Positions 10,180-24,126 of a DNA stretch of 64,000 bases are shown one piece after another (within the stretch, counting starts at the first letter, position 1; the number at the start of each line of letters is the position of its first letter). The stretch comes from Eledone cirrhosa (taxonomy: Eukaryota), in contig OZ024743.1 in the NCBI GenBank assembly GCA_964016885.1, forward strand, positions 307,892,001 through 307,956,000. The letters are read 5' to 3'. The translations under genes and the position numbers were made by a program. A model generated the notes under the pieces. That model was not told the DNA's origin. It worked only from the letters and a program-made list of their open reading frames with translations, and ran no database searches.

Positions 10180-13100
10180 TTTTATGGTGGTGTATTGTGG
10201 TGTATTGTGGTGTATGGTGTGGTATGGTGGTGTATGGTGGTGTATTGTGGTGTATGGTGGTGTATGGTGGTGTATGGTGGTGTATTGTGGTGTATTGTGG
10301 TGTATGGTGGTGTATGGTGGTGTATTGTGGTGTATGGTGGTACATTGTGGTGTATGGTTGTGTATTGTGGTGTATGGTGGTGTATGGTGGTGTATGGTGG
10401 TGTATTGTGGTGTATGGTGGTGTATGGTGGTGTATTGTGGTGTATGGTGGTGTATGGTGGTGTATGGTGGTGTATTGTGGTGTATGGTGGTGTATTGTGG
10501 TGTATAGTGGTGTATGGTGGTGTATGGTGGTTTTATGGTGGTGTATTGTGGTGTATTGTGGTGTATGGTGTGGTATGGTGGTGTATGGTGGTGTATTGTG
10601 GTGTATGGTGGTGTATGGTGGTGTATGGTGGTGTATGGTGGTGTATTGTGGTGTATTGTGGTGTATGGTGGTGTATGGTGGTGTATTGTGGTGTATGGTG
10701 GTGTATGGTGGTGTATTGTGGTGTATGGTGGTGTATGGTGGAGTATGGTGGTGTATGGTGGTGTATGGTGGTGTATTGTGGTGTATTGTGGTGTATGGTG
10801 GTGTATGGTGGTGTATGGTGGTGTATTGTGGTGTATGGTGGTGTATGGTGGTGTATTGTGGTGTATTGTGTTGTATGGTGGTGTATTGTGGCGTATGGTG
10901 TGTATTGTGGTGTATGGTGGTGTATTGTGGTGTATGGTGCTGTATTGTGGTGTATGGTGCTGTATTGTGGTGTATGGTGGTGTATTGTGGTGTATGGTGG
11001 TGTATTGTGGTGTATGGTGGTGTATTGTGGGGGTATTGTGGTGTATGGTGGGGTATTGTGGTGCATGGTGCTGTATTGTGGTGTATTGTGGTGCATGGTA
11101 GTGTATGGTGGTGTATGGTGGTGTATGGTGGTGTATTGTGGTGTATGGTGGTGTATTGTGGTGTATGGTGGTGTATGGTGGTATATTGTGGGGTATGGTG
11201 GTGTATGGTAGTGTACTGTGGTGTGTCGTGGTGTATGGTGGTGTATGGTGGTGTATGGTGGTGTATGGTGGTGTATTGTGGTGTATGGTGGTGTATGGTG
11301 GTGTATTGTGGTGTATGGTGGTATATGGCGGTGTATGGTGGTGTATTGTGGTGTATGGTGGTGTATGGTGGTGTATGGTGGTGTATTATGGTGTATAGTG
11401 GTGTATAGTGGTGTATGGTGGTGTATGGTGGTGTATTGTGGTGTGTTGTGGTGTATGGTGGTGTATGGTGGTGTATGGTGGTGTATTGTGGTGTATTGTG
11501 GTGTATGGTGGTGTATGGTGGTGTATTGTGGTGTATTGTGTTGTATGGTGGTGTATTGTGGTGTATGGTGGTTTATTGTGGTGTATGGTGGTGTATTGTG
11601 GTGTATGGTGCTGTATTGTGGTGTATGGTGCTGTATTGTGGTGTATGGTGGTGTATTGTGGTGTATGGTGGTGTATTGTGGTGTATTGTGGTGTATGGTG
11701 GTGTATGGTGGTGTATTGTGGTGTATGGTGGTGTATTGTGGTGTATGTTGGTGTATTGTGGGGGTATTGTGGTGTATGGTGGGGTATTGTGGTGTATGGT
11801 GCTGTATTGTGGTGTATTGTGGTGCGTGGTAGTGTATGGTGGTGTATGGTGGTGTATGGTGGTGTATTATGGTGTATGGTGGTGTATTGTGGTGTATGGT
11901 GGTGTATGGTGGTATATTGTGGGGTATGGTGGTGTATGGTAGTGTACTGTGGTGTGTGGTGGTGTATGGTGGTTTTATGGTGGTGTATGGTGGTGTATAG
12001 TGGTGTGTGGTGTATGGTGGTGTATGGTGGTGTATGGTGGTGTATGGTGGTGTATTGTGGTGTATGGTGGTGTATGGTGGTGTATGGTGGTGTATGGTGG
12101 TGTATTGTGGTGTATTGTGGTGTATGGTGGTGTATGGTGGTCTATTGTGGTGTATGGTGGTGTATGGTGGTCTATTGTGGTGTATGGTGGTGGATTGTGG
12201 TGTATGGTGGTGTATTGTGGTGTATGGTGGTGTATGGTCGTGTATGCTGTATGGTGGTGTATGGTGGTGTATGTTGGTGTATGGTGGTGTATGGTGGTGT
12301 ATGGTGGTGTATGGTGGTGTATTGTGGTGTATGGTGGTGTATGGTGGTGTATTGTGGTGTGTGGTGGTGTATGGTGGTGTATGGTGGTGTATTGTGGTGT
12401 ATGGTGGTGTATTGTGGTGTGTGGTGGTGTATTGTGGTGTATGGTGGTGTATTGTGGTGTGTGGTGGTGTATGGTGGTGTATTGTGGTATATGGTGGTGT
12501 ATGGTGGTGTATGATGGTGTATTGTGGTGTATGGTGGTGTATTGTAGTGTATGGTGGTGTATGGTGGTCTATTGTGGTGTATGGTGGTGTATGGTTGGGT
12601 ATGGTGGTGTATGGTGGTGTATGGTGGTGTATTGTGGTGTATGGTGGTGTATGGTGGTGTATGGTGTATGGTGGTGTATGGTGGTGTATGGTGGTGTATT
12701 GTGGTGTATGGTGGTGTATTGTGGTGTATGATGGTGTATTGTGGTGTATGGTGGTGTATGGTGGTGTATTGTGGTGTATGATGGTGTATTGTGGTGCATG
12801 GTAGTGTATGGTGGTGTATGGTGGTGTATGGTGGTGTATTGTGGTGTATGGTGGTGTATTGTGGTGTATGGTGGTGTATGGTGGTCTATTGTGGTGTATG
12901 GTGGTGGATTGTGGTGTGTGGTGGTGTATGGTGGTGTATGGTGGTGTATTGTGGTGTATGGTGGTGTATTGTGGTGTATGGTGGTGTATGGTCGTGTATG
13001 CTGTATGGTGGTGTATTGTGGTGTGTTGTGGTGTATTGTGGTATATGGTGGTGTATGGTGGTGTATGATGGTGTATGGTGGTGTATGGTGGTGTATTGTG

Positions 13101-15689
13101 GTGTATGGTGGTGTATGGTGGTGTATGGTGGTGTATGGTGGTGTATGGTGGTGTATTGTGGTGTGTGGTGGTGTATGGTGCTGTATGGTGGTGTATTGTG
13201 GTGTATGGTGGTGTATTGTGGTGTGTGGTGGTGTATGGTGGTGTATTGTGGTATATGGTGGTGTATGGTGGTGTATGATGGTGTATTGTGGTGTATGGTG
13301 GTGTATGGTGGTCTATTGTGGTGTATGGTGGTGTATGGTGGAGTATGGTGGTGTATGGTGGTGTATGGTGGTGTATTGTGGTGTATGGTGGTGTATGGTG
13401 GTGTATGGTGTATGGTGGTGTATGGTGGTGTATGGTGGTGTATTGTGGTGTATGGTGGTGTATTGTGGTGTATGATGGTGTATTGTGGTGTATGGTGGTG
13501 TATGGTGGTGTATTGTGGTGTATGGTGGTGTATTGTGGTGTATGGTGGTGTATGGTGGTCTATTGTGGTGTATGGTGGTGTATGGTGGGGTATGGTGGTG
13601 TATGGTGGTGTATGGTGGTGTATTGTGGTGTATGGTGGTGTATGGTGGTCTATTGTTGTGTATGGTGGTGTATGGTGGTGTATTGTGGTGTATTGTGGTG
13701 TATGGTGGTGTATGGTGGTGTATGGTGTATTGTGGTGTATGGTGGTGTATTGTGGTGTGTGGTGGTGTATTGTGGTGTATGGTGGGGTATGGTGGTGTAT
13801 GGTGGTGTATTGTGTTGTATGGTGGTGTATGGTGGTGTATGGTGGTATATTGTGGTGTATTGTGGTGTATTGTGGTATATGGTGGTGTATTGTGGTGTAT
13901 GGTGGTGTATGATGGTGTATTGTGGTGTATGGTGGTGTATTGTGGTGTATGGCGGTGTATGGTGGTGTATGGTGGTGTATGGTGGTGTATTGTGGTGTAT
14001 GGTGGTGTATGGTGGTGTATGGTGGTGTATGGTGGGGTATGGTGGTGTATGGTGGTGTATGGTGGTGTATTGTGGTGTATGGTGGTGTATGGTGGTGTAT
14101 AGTGTATGGTGGTGTATGGTGGTGTATGGTGGTGTATTGTGGTGTATGGTGGTGTATTGTGGTGTATGATGGTGTATTGTGGTGTATGGTGGTGTATGGT
14201 GGTGTATTGTGGTGTATGGTGGTGTATTGTGGTGTATGGTGGTGTATGATGGTGTATGCTGGTGTATGGTGGTGTATGGTGGTGTATTGTGGTGTGTGGT
14301 GGTGTATTGTGGTGTATGGTGGGGTATGGTGGTGTATGGTGGTGTATTGTGTTGTATGGTGGTGTATGGTGGTGTATGGTGGTGTATGGTGGTGTATGGT
14401 GGTGTGTGGTGGTGTATTGTGGTGTATGGTGGTGTGTGGTGGTGTATTGTGGTGTATTGTGGTGTATGGTGGTGTATTGTGGTGTATGGTGGTGTATTGT
14501 GGTGTATGGTGGTGTATGGTGGTGTATGGTGTATTGTGGTGTATGGTGGTGTATTGTGGTGTGTGGTGGTGTATTGTGGTGTATGGTGGGGTATGGTGGT
14601 GTATGGTGGTGTATTGTGTTGTATGGTGGTGTATGGTGGTGTATGGTGGTGTATGGTGGTGTATGGTGGTGTGTGGTGGTGTATTGTGGTGTATGGTGGT
14701 GTGTGGTGCTGTATGCTGGTGTATGGTGGTGTATGGTGGTATATGGTGGTGTATGGTGGTGTATGGTGGTGTATTGTGGTGTATGGTGGTGTATGGTGGT
14801 GTATGGTGGTGTATGGTGGTGTATGGTGGGGTATGGTGGTGTATGGTGGGGTATGGTAGTGTATTGCGGTGTATTGTGGTGTATGGTGGGTTATGGTGGT
14901 GTATGGTGGTGTATTGTGGTGTATTGTGGTGTATGGTGGTGTATTGTGGTGTATGGTGGTGTATGGTGGTGTATTGTGGTGTATGGTGGTATATTGTGGT
15001 GTGTGGTGGTGTATTGTGGTGTATGGTGGTGTATGGTGGTGTATGGTGGTGTATTGTGGTGTATTGTGGTGTATGGTGGTGTATTGTGGTGTATTGTGGT
15101 GTATAGTGGTGTATGGTAGTGTATGGTGGTGTATGGTGGTGTATGGTGGTGTATGGTGGTGTATGGTGGTGTATTGTGGTGTATGGTGGTATATTGTGGT
15201 GTATTGTGGTGTATTGTGATGTGTGGTGGTGTATTGTGGTGTATGGTGGTGTATGGTGGTGTATTGTGGTGTATTGTGGTGTATGGTGGTGTATGGTGGT
15301 GTATGGTGGTGTATTGTGGTGTATTGTGGTGTATTGTGGTGTATGGTGGTGTATTGTGGTGTATGGTGGTGTATTGTGGTGTATGGTGGTGTATTGTGGT
15401 GTATGGTGCTGTATTGTGGTGTATGGTGGTGTATAGTGGTGTATAGTGGTGTATGGTGGTGTATGGTGGTGTATTGTGGTGTATTGTGGTGTATTGTGGT
15501 GTATGGTGGTGTATGGTGGTGTATGGTGGTGTATTGTGGTGTATGGTGGTGTATGGTGGTGTATGGTGGTGTATTGTGGTGTATGGTGGTGTATTGTGGT
15601 GTATGGTGGTGTATGGTGGTGTATGGTGGTGTATTGTGGTGTATGGTGGTGTATTGTGGTGTATAGTGGTGTATGGTGGTGTATGGTGG
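10180..15689 (+). repeat. HOR proto-unit U0 (5510 bp)
   Basis: Shows the same ordered landmarks as later units (TTTTATGG, TACATTG, GCATGG, TACTG, GGATTG, GTCGTGTATGCTGT, TTGCGG, TGTGATGTG), but the block that later units carry twice at ~2.16-kb spacing is present only once. Confidence 0.8.
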
Positions 15690-18600
15690 TTTTATGGTGG
15701 TGTATTGTGGTGTATTGTGGTGTATGGTGTGGTATGGTGGTGTATGGTGGTGTATTGTGGTGTATGGTCGTGTATGGTGGTGTATGGTGGTGTATGGTGG
15801 TGTATTGTGGTGTATTGTGGTGTATGGTGGTGTATGGTGGTGTATTGTGGTGTATGGTGGTACATTGTGGTGTATGGTTGTGTATTGTGGTGTATGGTGG
15901 TGTATGGTGGTGTATGGTGGTGTATTGTGGTGTATTGTGGTGTATGGTGGTGTATTGTGGTGTATGGTGGTGTATGGTGGTGTATGGTGGTGTATTGTGG
16001 TGTATGGTGGTGTATTGTGGTGTATAGTGGTGTATGGTGGTGTATGGTGGTTTTATGGTGGTGTATTGTGGTGTATTGTGGTGTATGGTGTGGTATGGTG
16101 GTGTATGGTGGTGTATTGTGGTGTATGGTGGTGTATGGTGGTGTATGGTGGTGTATGGTGGTGTATTGTGGTGTATTGTGGTGTATGGTGGTGTATGGTG
16201 GTGTATCGTGGTGTATGGTGGTGTATGGTGGTGTATGGTGGTGTATTATGGTGTATAGTGGTGTATAGTGGTGTATGGTGGTGTATGGTGGTGTATTGTG
16301 GTGTATTGTGGTGTATGGTGGTGTATGGTGGTGTATGGTGGTGTATTGTGGTGTATGGTGGTGTATGGTGGTGTATGGTGGTGTATTGTGGTGTATTGTG
16401 TTGTATGGTGGTGTATTGTGGCGTATGGTGGTGTATTGTGGTGTATGGTGGTGTATTGTGGTGTATGGTGCTGTATTGTGGTGTATGGTGCTGTATTGTG
16501 GTGTATGGTGGTGTATTGTGGTGTATGGTGGTGTATTGTGGTGTATGGTGGTGTATTGTGGGGGTATTGTGGTGTATGGTGGGGTATTGTGGTGCATGGT
16601 GCTGTATTGTGGTGTATTGTGGTGCATGGTAGTGTATGGTGGTGTATGGTGGTGTATGGTGGTGTATTGTGGTGTATGGTGGTGTATTGTGGTGTATGGT
16701 GGTGTATGGTGGTATATTGTGGGGTATGGTGGTGTATGGTAGTGTACTGTGGTGTGTCGTGGTGTATGGTGGTGTATGGTGGTGTATGGTGGTGTATGGT
16801 GGTGTATTGTGGTGTATGGTGGTGTATGGTGGTGTATGGTGGTGTATTGTGGTGTATGGTGGTATATGGCGGTGTATGGTGGTGTATTGTGGTGTATGGT
16901 GGTGTATGGTGGTGTATGGTGGTGTATGGTGGTGTATTGTGGTGTATTGTGGTGTATGGTGGTGTATGGTGGTGTATGGTGGTGTATTGTGGTGTATTGT
17001 GTTGTATGGTGGTGTATTGTGGTGTATGGTGGTGTATTGTGGTGTATGGTGGTGTATTGTGGTGTATGGTGCTGTATTGTGGTGTATGGTGCTGTATTGT
17101 GGTGTATGGTGGTGTATTGTGGTGTATGGTGGTGTATTGTGGTGTATTGTGGTGTATGGTGGTGTATTGTGGTGTATGGTGGTGTATTGTGGTGTATGGT
17201 GGTGTATTGTGGGGGTATTGTGGTGTATGGTGGGGTATTGTGGTGTATGGTGCTGTATTGTGGTGTATTGTGGTGCGTGGTAGTGTATGGTGGTGTATGG
17301 TGGTGTATGGTGGTGTATTATGGTGTATGGTGGTGTATTGTGGTGTATGGTGGTGTATGGTGGTATATTGTGGGGTATGGTGGTGTATGGTAGTGTACTG
17401 TGGTGTGTGGTGGTGTATGGTGGTGTATAGTGGTGTGTGGTGTATGGTGGTGTATGGTGGTGTATGGTGGTGTATGGTGGTGTATGGTGGTGTATTGTGG
17501 TGTATGGTGGTGTATGGTGGTCTATTGTGGTGTATGGTGGTGTATGGTGGTCTATTGTGGTGTATGGTGGTGGATTGTGGTGTATGGTGGTGTATTGTGG
17601 TGTATGGTGGTGTATGGTCGTGTATGCTGTATGGTGGTGTATGGTGGTGTATGTTGGTGTATGGTGGTGTATGGTGGTGTATGGTGGTGTATGGTGGTGT
17701 ATTGTGGTGTATGGTGGTGTATGGTGGTGTATTGTGGTGTGTGGTGGTGTATGGTGGTGTATGGTGGTGTATTGTGGTGTATGGTGGTGTATTGTGGTGT
17801 GTGGTGGTGTATTGTGGTGTATAGTGGTGTATGGTGGTGTATGGTGGTTTTATGGTGGTGTATTGTGGTTTCTTGTGGTGTATGGTGTGGTATGGTGGTG
17901 TATGGTGGTGTATTGTGGTGTATGGTGGTGTATGGTGGTGTATGGTGGTGTATGGTGGTGTATTGTGGTGTATTGTGGTGTATGGTGGTGTATGGTGGTG
18001 TATTGTGGTGTATGGTGGTACATTGTGGTGTATGGTTGTGTATTGTGGTGTATGGTGGTGTATGGTGGTGTATGGTGGTGTATTGTGGTGTATTGTGGTG
18101 TATGGTGGTGTATTGTGGTGTATGGTGGTGTATGGTGGTGTATGGTGGTGTATTGTGGTGTATGGTGGTGTATTGTGGTGTATAGTGGTGTATGGTGGTG
18201 TATGGTGGTTTTATGGTGGTGTATTGTGGTGTATTGTGGTGTATGGTGTGGTATGGTGGTGTATCGTGGTGTATTGTGGTGTATGGTGGTGTATGGTGGT
18301 GTATGGTGGTGTATGGTGGTGTATTGTGGTGTATTGTGGTGTATGGTGGTGTATGGTGGTGTATTGTGGTGTATGGTGGTGTATGGTGGTGTATGGTGGT
18401 GTATTATGGTGTATAGTGGTGTATAGTGGTGTATGGTGGTGTAAGGTGGTGTATTGTGGTGTATTGTGGTGTATGGTGGTGTATGGTGGTGTATGGTGGT
18501 GTATTGTGGTGTATGGTGGTGTATGGTGGTGTATGGTGGTGTATTGTGGTGTATTGTGTTGTATGGTGGTGTATTGTGGCGTATGGTGGTGTATTGTGGT

Positions 18601-21600
18601 GTATGGTGGTGTATTGTGGTGTATGGTGCTGTATTGTGGTGTATGGTGTTGTATTGTGGTGTATGGTGGTGTATTTTGGTGTATGGTGGTGTATTGTGGT
18701 GTATGGTGGTGTATTGTGGGGGTATTGTGGTGTATGGTGGGGTATTGTGGTGCATGGTGCTGTATTGTGGTGTATTGTGGTGCATGGTAGTGTATGGTGG
18801 TGTATGGTGGTGTATGGTGGTGTATTGTGGTGTATGGTGGTGTATTGTGGTGTATGGTGGTGTATGGTGGTATATTGTGGGGTATGGTGGTGTATGGTAG
18901 TGTACTGTGGTGTGTCGTGGTGTATGGTGGTGTATGGTGGTGTATGGTGGTGTATGGTGGTGTATTGTGGTGTATGGTGGTGTATGGTGGTGTATGGTGG
19001 TGTATTGTGGTGTATGGTGGTATATGGCGGTGTATGGTGGTGTATTGTGGTGTATGGTGGTGTATGGTGGTGTATGGTGGTGTATTATGGTGTATAGTGG
19101 TGTATAGTGGTGTATGGTGGTGTATGGTGGTGTATTGTGGTGTATTGTGGTGTATTGTGGTGTATGGTGGTGTATTGTGGTGTATGGTGGTGTATTGTGG
19201 TGTATTGTGGTGTATGGTGGTGTATGGTGGTGTATTGTGGTGTATGGTGGTGTATTGTGGTGTATGGTGGTGTATTGTGGGGGTATTGTGGTGTATGGTG
19301 GGGTATTGTGGTGTATGGTGCTGTATTGTGGTGTATTGTGGTGCGTGGTAGTGTATGGTGGTGTATGGTGGTGTATGGTGGTGTATTATGGTGTATGGTG
19401 GTGTATTGTGGTGTATGGTGGTGTATGGTGGTATATTGTGGGGTATGGTGGTGTATGGTTGTGTACTGTGGTGTGTGGTGGTGTATGGTGGTTTTATGCT
19501 GGTGTATGGTGGTGTATAGTGGTGTGTGGTGTATGGTGGTGTATGGTGGTGTACGGTGGTGTATGGTGGTGTATGGTGGTGTATTGTGGTGTATTGTGGT
19601 GTATGGTGGTGTATGGTGGTCTATTGTGGTGTATGGTGGTGTATGGTGGTCTATTGTGGTGTATGGTGGTGGATTGTGGTGTATGGTGGTGTATTGTGGT
19701 GTATGGTGGTGTATGGTCGTGTATGCTGTATGGTGGTGTATGGTGGTGTATGTTGGTGTATGGTGGTGTATGGTGGTGTATGGTGGTGTATGGTGGTGTA
19801 TTGTGGTGTATGGTGGTGTATGGTGGTGTATTGTGGTGTGTGGTGGTGTATGGTGGTGTATGGTGGTGTATTGTGGTGTATGGTGGTGTATTGTGGTGTG
19901 TGGTGGTGTATTGTGGTGTATGGTGGTGTATTGTGGTGTGTGGTGGTGTATGGTGGTGTATTGTGGTATATGGTGGTGTATGGTGGTGTATGATGGTGTA
20001 TTGTGGTGTATGGTGGTGTATTGTAGTGTATGGTGGTGTATGGTGGTCTATTGTGGTGTATGGTGGTGTATGGTGGGGTATGGTGGTGTATGGTGGTGTA
20101 TGGTGGTGTATTGTGGTGTATGGTGGTGTATGGTGGTGTATGGTGTATGGTGGTGTATGGTGGTGTATGGTGTATGGTGGTGTATGGTGGTATATGGTGG
20201 TGTATGATGGTGTATTGTGGTGTATGGTGGTGTATGGTGGTGTATTGTGGTGTATGATGGTGTATTGTGGTGCATGGTAGTGTATGGTGGTGTATGGTGG
20301 TGTATGGTGGTGTATTGTGGTGTATGGTGGTGTATTGTGGTGTATGGTGGTGTATGGTGGTCTATTGTGGTGTATGGTGGTGGATTGTGGTGTGTGGTGG
20401 TGTATGGTGGTGTATGGTGGTGTATTGTGGTGTATGGTGGTGTATTGTGGTGTATGGTGGTGTATGGTCGTGTATGCTGTATGGTGGTGTATTGTGGTGT
20501 GTTGTGGTGTATTGTGGTATATGGTGGTGTATGGTGGTGTATGATGGTGTATGGTGGTGTATGGTGGTGTATTGTGGTGTATGGTGGTGTATGGTGGTGT
20601 ATGGTGGTGTATGGTGGTGTATGGTGGTGTATGGTGGTGTATTGTGGTGTGTGGTGGTGTATGGTGGTGTATGGTGGTGTATTGTGGTGTATGGTGGTGT
20701 ATTGTGGTGTGTGGTGGTGTATGGTGGTGTATTGTGGTATATGGTGGTGTATGGTGGTGTATGATGGTGTATTGTGGTGTATGGTGGTGTATTGTGGTGT
20801 ATGGTGGTGTATGGTGGTCTATTGTGGTGTATGGTGGTGTATGGTGGGGTATGGTGGTGTATGGTGGTGTATGGTGGTGTATTGTGGTGTATGGTGGTGT
20901 ATGGTGGTGTATGGTGTATGGTGGTGTATGGTGGTGTATGGTGGTGTATTGTGGTGTATGGTGGTGTATTGTGGTGTATGATGGTGTATTGTGGTGTATG
21001 GTGGTGTATGGTGGTGTATTGTGGTGTATGGTGGTGTATTGTGGTGTATGGTGGTGTATGGTGGTCTATTGTGGTGTATGGTGGTGTATGGTGGGGTATG
21101 GTGGTGTATGGTGGTGTATGGTGGTGTATTGTGGTGTATGGTGGTGTATGGTGGTCTATTGTTGTGTATGGTGGTGTATGGTGGTGTATTGTGGTGTATT
21201 GTGGTGTATGGTGGTGTATGGTGTATTGTGGTGTATGGTGGTGTATTGTGGTGTGTGGTGGTGTATTGTGGTGTATGGTGGGGTATGGTGGTGTATGGTG
21301 GTGTATTGTGTTGTATGGTGGTGTATGGTGGTGTATGGTGGTATATTGTGGTGTATTGTGGTGTATTGTGGTATATGGTGGTGTATTGTGGTGTATGGTG
21401 GTGTATGATGGTGTATTGTGGTGTATGGTGGTGTATTGTGGTGTATGGTGGTGTATGGTGGTGTATGGTGGTGTATGGTGGTGTATTGTTGTGTATGGTG
21501 GTGTATGGTGGTGTATGGTGGTGTATGGTGGGGTATGGTGGTGTATGGTGGTGTATGGTGGTGTATTGTGGTGTATGGTGGTGTATGGTGGTGTATAGTG

Positions 21601-24126
21601 TATGGTGGTGTATGGTGGTGTATGGTGGTGTATTGTGGTGTATGGTGGTGTATTGTGGTGTATGATGGTGTATTGTGGTGTATGGTGGTGTATGGTGGTG
21701 TATTGTGGTGTATGGTGGTGTATTGTGGTGTATGGTGGTGTATGATGGTGTATGCTGGTGTATGGTGGTGTATGGTGGTGTATGGTGGTGTATTGTGGTG
21801 TGTGGTGGTGTATTGTGGTGTATTGTGGTGTATGGTGGTGTATGATGGTGTATTGTGGTGTATGGTGGTGTATTGTGGTGTATGGTGGTGTATGGTGGTC
21901 TATTGTGGTGTATGGTGGTGTATGGTGGAGTATGGTGGTGTATGGTGGTGTATGGTGGTGTATTGTGGTGTATGGTGGTGTATGGTGGTGTATGGTGTAT
22001 GGTGGTGTATGGTGGTGTATGGTGGTGTATTGTGGTGTATGGTGGTGTATTGTGGTGTATGATGGTGTATTGTGGTGTATGGTGGTGTATGGTGGTGTAT
22101 TGTGGTGTATGGTGGTGTATTGTGGTGTATGGTGGTGTATGGTGGTCTATTGTGGTGTATGGTGGTGTATGGTGGGGTATGGTGGTGTATGGTGGTGTAT
22201 GGTGGTGTATTGTGGTGTATGGTGGTGTATGGTGGTCTATTGTTGTGTATGGTGGTGTATGGTGGTGTATTGTGGTGTATTGTGGTGTATGGTGGTGTAT
22301 GGTGGTGTATGGTGTATTGTGGTGTATGGTGGTGTATTGTGGTGTGTGGTGGTGTATTGTGGTGTATGGTGGGGTATGGTGGTGTATGGTGGTGTATTGT
22401 GTTGTATGGTGGTGTATGGTGGTGTATGGTGGTATATTGTGGTGTATTGTGGTGTATTGTGGTATATGGTGGTGTATTGTGGTGTATGGTGGTGTATGAT
22501 GGTGTATTGTGGTGTATGGTGGTGTATTGTGGTGTATGGCGGTGTATGGTGGTGTATGGTGGTGTATGGTGGTGTATTGTGGTGTATGGTGGTGTATGGT
22601 GGTGTATGGTGGTGTATGGTGGGGTATGGTGGTGTATGGTGGTGTATGGTGGTGTATTGTGGTGTATGGTGGTGTATGGTGGTGTATAGTGTATGGTGGT
22701 GTATGGTGGTGTATGGTGGTGTATTGTGGTGTATGGTGGTGTATTGTGGTGTATGATGGTGTATTGTGGCGTATGGTGGTGTATGGTGGTGTATTGTGGT
22801 GTATGGTGGTGTATTGTGGTGTATGGTGGTGTATGATGGTGTATGCTGGTGTATGGTGGTGTATGGTGGTGTATGGTGGTGTATTGTGGTGTGTGGTGGT
22901 GTATTGTGGTGTATTGTGGTGTATGGTGGTGTATTGTGGTGTATGGTGGTGTATGGTGGTGTATGGTGTATTGTGGTGTATGGTGGTGTATTGTGGTGTG
23001 TGGTGGTGTATTGTGGTGTATGGTGGGGTATGGTGGTGTATGGTGGTGTATTGTGTTGTATGGTGGTGTATGGTGGTGTATGGTGGTGTATGGTGGTGTA
23101 TGGTGGTGTGTGGTGGTGTATTGTGGTGTATGGTGGTGTGTGGTGCTGTATGCTGGTGTATGGTGGTGTATGGTGGTATATGGTGGTGTATGGTGGTGTA
23201 TGGTGGTGTATTGTGGTGTATGGTGGTGTATGGTGGTGTATGGTGGTGTATGGTGGTGTATGGTGGGGTATGGTGGTGTATGGTGGGGTATGGTAGTGTA
23301 TTGCTGTGTATTGTGGTGTATGGTGGGTTATGGTGGTGTATGGTGGTGTATTGTGGTGTATTGTGGTGTATGGTGGTGTATTGTGGTGTATGGTGGTGTA
23401 TGGTGGTGTATTGTGGTGTATGGTGGTATATTGTGGTGTGTGGTGGTGTATTGTGGTGTATGGTGGTGTATGGTGGTGTATGGTGGTGTATTGTGGTGTA
23501 TTGTGGTGTATGGTGGTGTATTGTGGTGTATTGTGGTGTATAGTGGTGTATGGTAGTGTATGGTGGTGTATGGTGGTGTATGGTGGTGTATGGTGGTGTA
23601 TGGTGGTGTATTGTGGTGTATGGTGGTATATTGTAGTGTATTGTGGTGTATTGTGATGTGTGGTGGTGTATTGTGGTGTATGGTGGTGTATGGTGGTGTA
23701 TTGTGGTGTATTGTGGTGTATGGTGGTGTATGGTGGTGTATGGTGGTGTATTGTGGTGTATTGTGGTGTATTGTGGTGTATGGTGGTGTATTGTGGTGTA
23801 TGGTGGTGTATTGTGGTGTATGGTGGTGTATTGTGGTGTATGGTGCTGTATTGTGGTGTATGGTGGTGTATAGTGGTGTATAGTGGTGTATGGTGGTGTA
23901 TGGTGGTGTATTGTGGTGTATTGTGGTGTATTGTGGTGTATGGTGGTGTATGGTGGTGTATGGTGGTGTATTGTGGTGTATGGTGGTGTATGGTGGTGTA
24001 TGGTGGTGTATTGTGGTGTATGGTGGTGTATTGTGGTGTATGGTGGTGTATGGTGGTGTATGGTGGTGTATTGTGGTGTATGGTGGTGTATTGTGGTGTA
24101 TAGTGGTGTATGGTGGTGTATGGTGG
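15690..24126 (+). repeat. HOR unit U1 (8437 bp, subtype X)
   Basis: Phased on the TTTTATGG marker (15690 to 24127). Unique marker GGTTTCTTG at ~17871. Contains a ~1.08-kb internal duplication (20991/22072). Confidence 0.9.
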
